Shown here piece by piece: positions 62,206 to 64,000 of a stretch of DNA of 64,000 bases. How positions within the stretch are numbered: the stretch's first letter is position 1; the number at the start of each line of letters is the position of its first letter. A program made the translations under genes and the position numbers. The stretch is from Lytechinus pictus (taxonomy: Eukaryota). The stretch is taken from the NCBI RefSeq assembly GCF_037042905.1, contig NC_087250.1:6076001-6140000 (forward strand). Direction: 5' to 3'. The notes under the pieces were generated by a model. That model saw only the letters and a program-made list of their open reading frames with translations, did no database searches and was not told the origin of the DNA.

Positions 62206-62931
62206 TTATATGGTCGTAATAAATACATATAATAAGCAACTGATATAATTATCAACAAAATGAATGTGAATATAACACTCCTGTAATTTAGACTACTGGA
62301 GATCTTCCATTCCTTCATATTCAAACCACCTCCCCCCTCCCCCTATATCCCTCTCAATCTCTTCATTTCGCTTCTTTTACTGCCTCTGACCATGCCAAAT
62401 TGGCCTATACTTTCCCTTCTATCTACTCTTCCCGCTTTGTTTTCTTGATAATTTTTTTGACTGTTTGTCCGTTTTTTTAATAACTTTGCAATGCCCTTTT
62501 CCGTTTCTGTATTACTTTTGCCATGTCTCGTTCACTCTAAAAAAAACGAGTGCTGATTTAGTCATTAGAATTTGATTTAGAAAATCAGTACTCGAACTGC
62601 AGTCACTATACAATGACATTAAATGCTAAATTAGCACATCATTTTTTAGAGTCTTCTTTTCATTTTTTATTCATTGTTTTTGTAACGTTCCGTTATGTTC
62701 CGTTTTGTTTCGTGTCTCCTTTTCACTTGTTTGTCATATCTTGTTATTATCCAGTCTCCTTTGTCTTTTATTTGGCAGAATATGAGAAAAGGCTTTATCA
62801 AGGCATTTCGAAGACATTTGTATGATTCTACAAATAACCAAGATGTGATGATTCGTATAATACATATTTACACACACCCACACACATACACACATCCTCC
62901 CTCTCACAAACACACATTTATATACGATTTG

Positions 62932-62964
<33 letters not shown>

Positions 62965-62965
<1 letters not shown>

Positions 62966-63543
62966 AAGAGTTTAGTTGCAGAAGGGGTTAGGTCCACTTT
63001 TTACCATTCCGAGAAAAACCATGTTTTTTATTCTCACTTACTGCAATACCCTTATGAGACACTAAATTGTCATAATGTACTACCCTATCGTGTGAACATA
63101 AAATTGGGTATAAAAGCAATCTACATGTCTTCAATTTTTTTTATATATATTCTTTTAAAAAATTATCATCGTGGACCTAACCCCTTTTGCAACTAAACTA
63201 ATTAATTCAATCTATTTTTATTTCAAAAGTCATTTTTCTTTGCCACATTTAATTCACGTTTTCATGTGAATGTCAAATTTTCGTTGTTTTCATCAGAATG
63301 GCTAACAATTTAGAGGTTTTGAGACAGAAAACATTAAAAAAATTATGAACAATGAACCTAACCCCTTTTGACAAATTAGCTTTTCAATATATTTTTTTTT
63401 CGAAAGGGGTAAGGTCCACTCCAAAAAAAATATAAATTTTTTGTTCTCCCATATTGCAATATTCTTATGCGAAACGAAATTTTCATGATTATCTACCATG
63501 AGAACATAAAATTGGGTATAAAAATAAATCTACCTGTCTTCAT
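62965..63543. mobile_element. Rearranged copy of the AAGGGGTTAGGTCCA MITE family, preceded by (TA)n and interrupted by the LINE
   Basis: gaagagtttagttgcagaaggggttaggtccac ... gtggacctaaccccttttgcaact. Confidence 0.7.
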
Positions 63544-63544
63544 A

Positions 63545-64000
63545 TGCTCTGCTGACCATGGTCGTGAACGGACGTGTCTGATTTAGAATTTGCTTGTAAT
63601 TTTGATTGTGACATTAGTGTCATGGGTGATATTAACTGCGATATTACGAAAAAAACATTTTATGGAAACACCAAGATCTTTGACCAAATTAATACTGTAT
63701 ACTCGCTAAAATTTATAAATGACTCTTCATGTACCAGAATGACAGATTCGTCTTCTACGCTTGTTGACCACATGTTAACTAATAACATGGATAAAGTGAA
63801 AGCTCACGGTGTGTTATGTAATGGGATAAGTGATCATTACATTAGTTATTTTATATGGAAATCCCAACAAAAATTCTCGTCTGGTGAAACTTATATAAGG
63901 TATAGAAAATCCAGAAATGTTGATTTGGAGTCTTTCAAAAATGACCTTCGTAATCAAAACTGGAGGATAATAAAAGATTTTGATGATATTAATGACGCTG
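63545..64000 (+). mobile_element. 5'-truncated CR1/L2-clade-like LINE ORF2 fragment (AP-endonuclease C-terminal part), continues beyond window
   Basis: Frame from 63580 reads ...VMGDINCD...CTRMTDSSSTLVDHMLTN...GISDHY...FKNDLRNQNW; GDxN, TR..S.T.DH and SDH are APE motifs. Confidence 0.9.

Overview
AT-rich, intron-rich animal genomic DNA, most likely an echinoderm such as a sea urchin (inferred from the repeat repertoire, including a Deu/Nin-type SINE, and the death-domain gene family). (1) 1-15068 (+): 3' part of a 16-exon, frame-consistent gene, about 900 aa in the window, with the architecture [UPA]-DD-DD-linker-DD-DD-ZU5-UPA-DD (DD = death domain). It has an internally repeated exon module and a duplicated, stop-containing UPA exon. 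(2) About 18950-33280: a 179-bp satellite of about 80 monomers with layered higher-order repeats (16-mer, 2866 bp), set in an older degenerate ~200-bp repeat. (3) 35396-45790: nested mobile elements. A Crypton-like hairpin MITE is split by a 10.2-kb element with Polinton/Maverick-type ends (AGAGA...TCTCT, 6-bp TSD GGCAAT). That element is one giant palindrome (2.84-kb arms, 185-bp spacer) with two outward-facing accessory genes per arm, no visible polymerase, integrase or capsid gene, and seven tandem Sox-Oct-type motifs at each end. A 4.3-kb TTAA piggyBac-type element later inserted into one arm. (4) About 51875-58429 (+): a disrupted paralog of gene 1, whose first DD exon carries a foldback insertion with in-frame GT...AG ends. 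SINEs, many MITEs and a CR1/L2-type LINE fragment fill the remainder. All calls were made by eye; no database searches were run.
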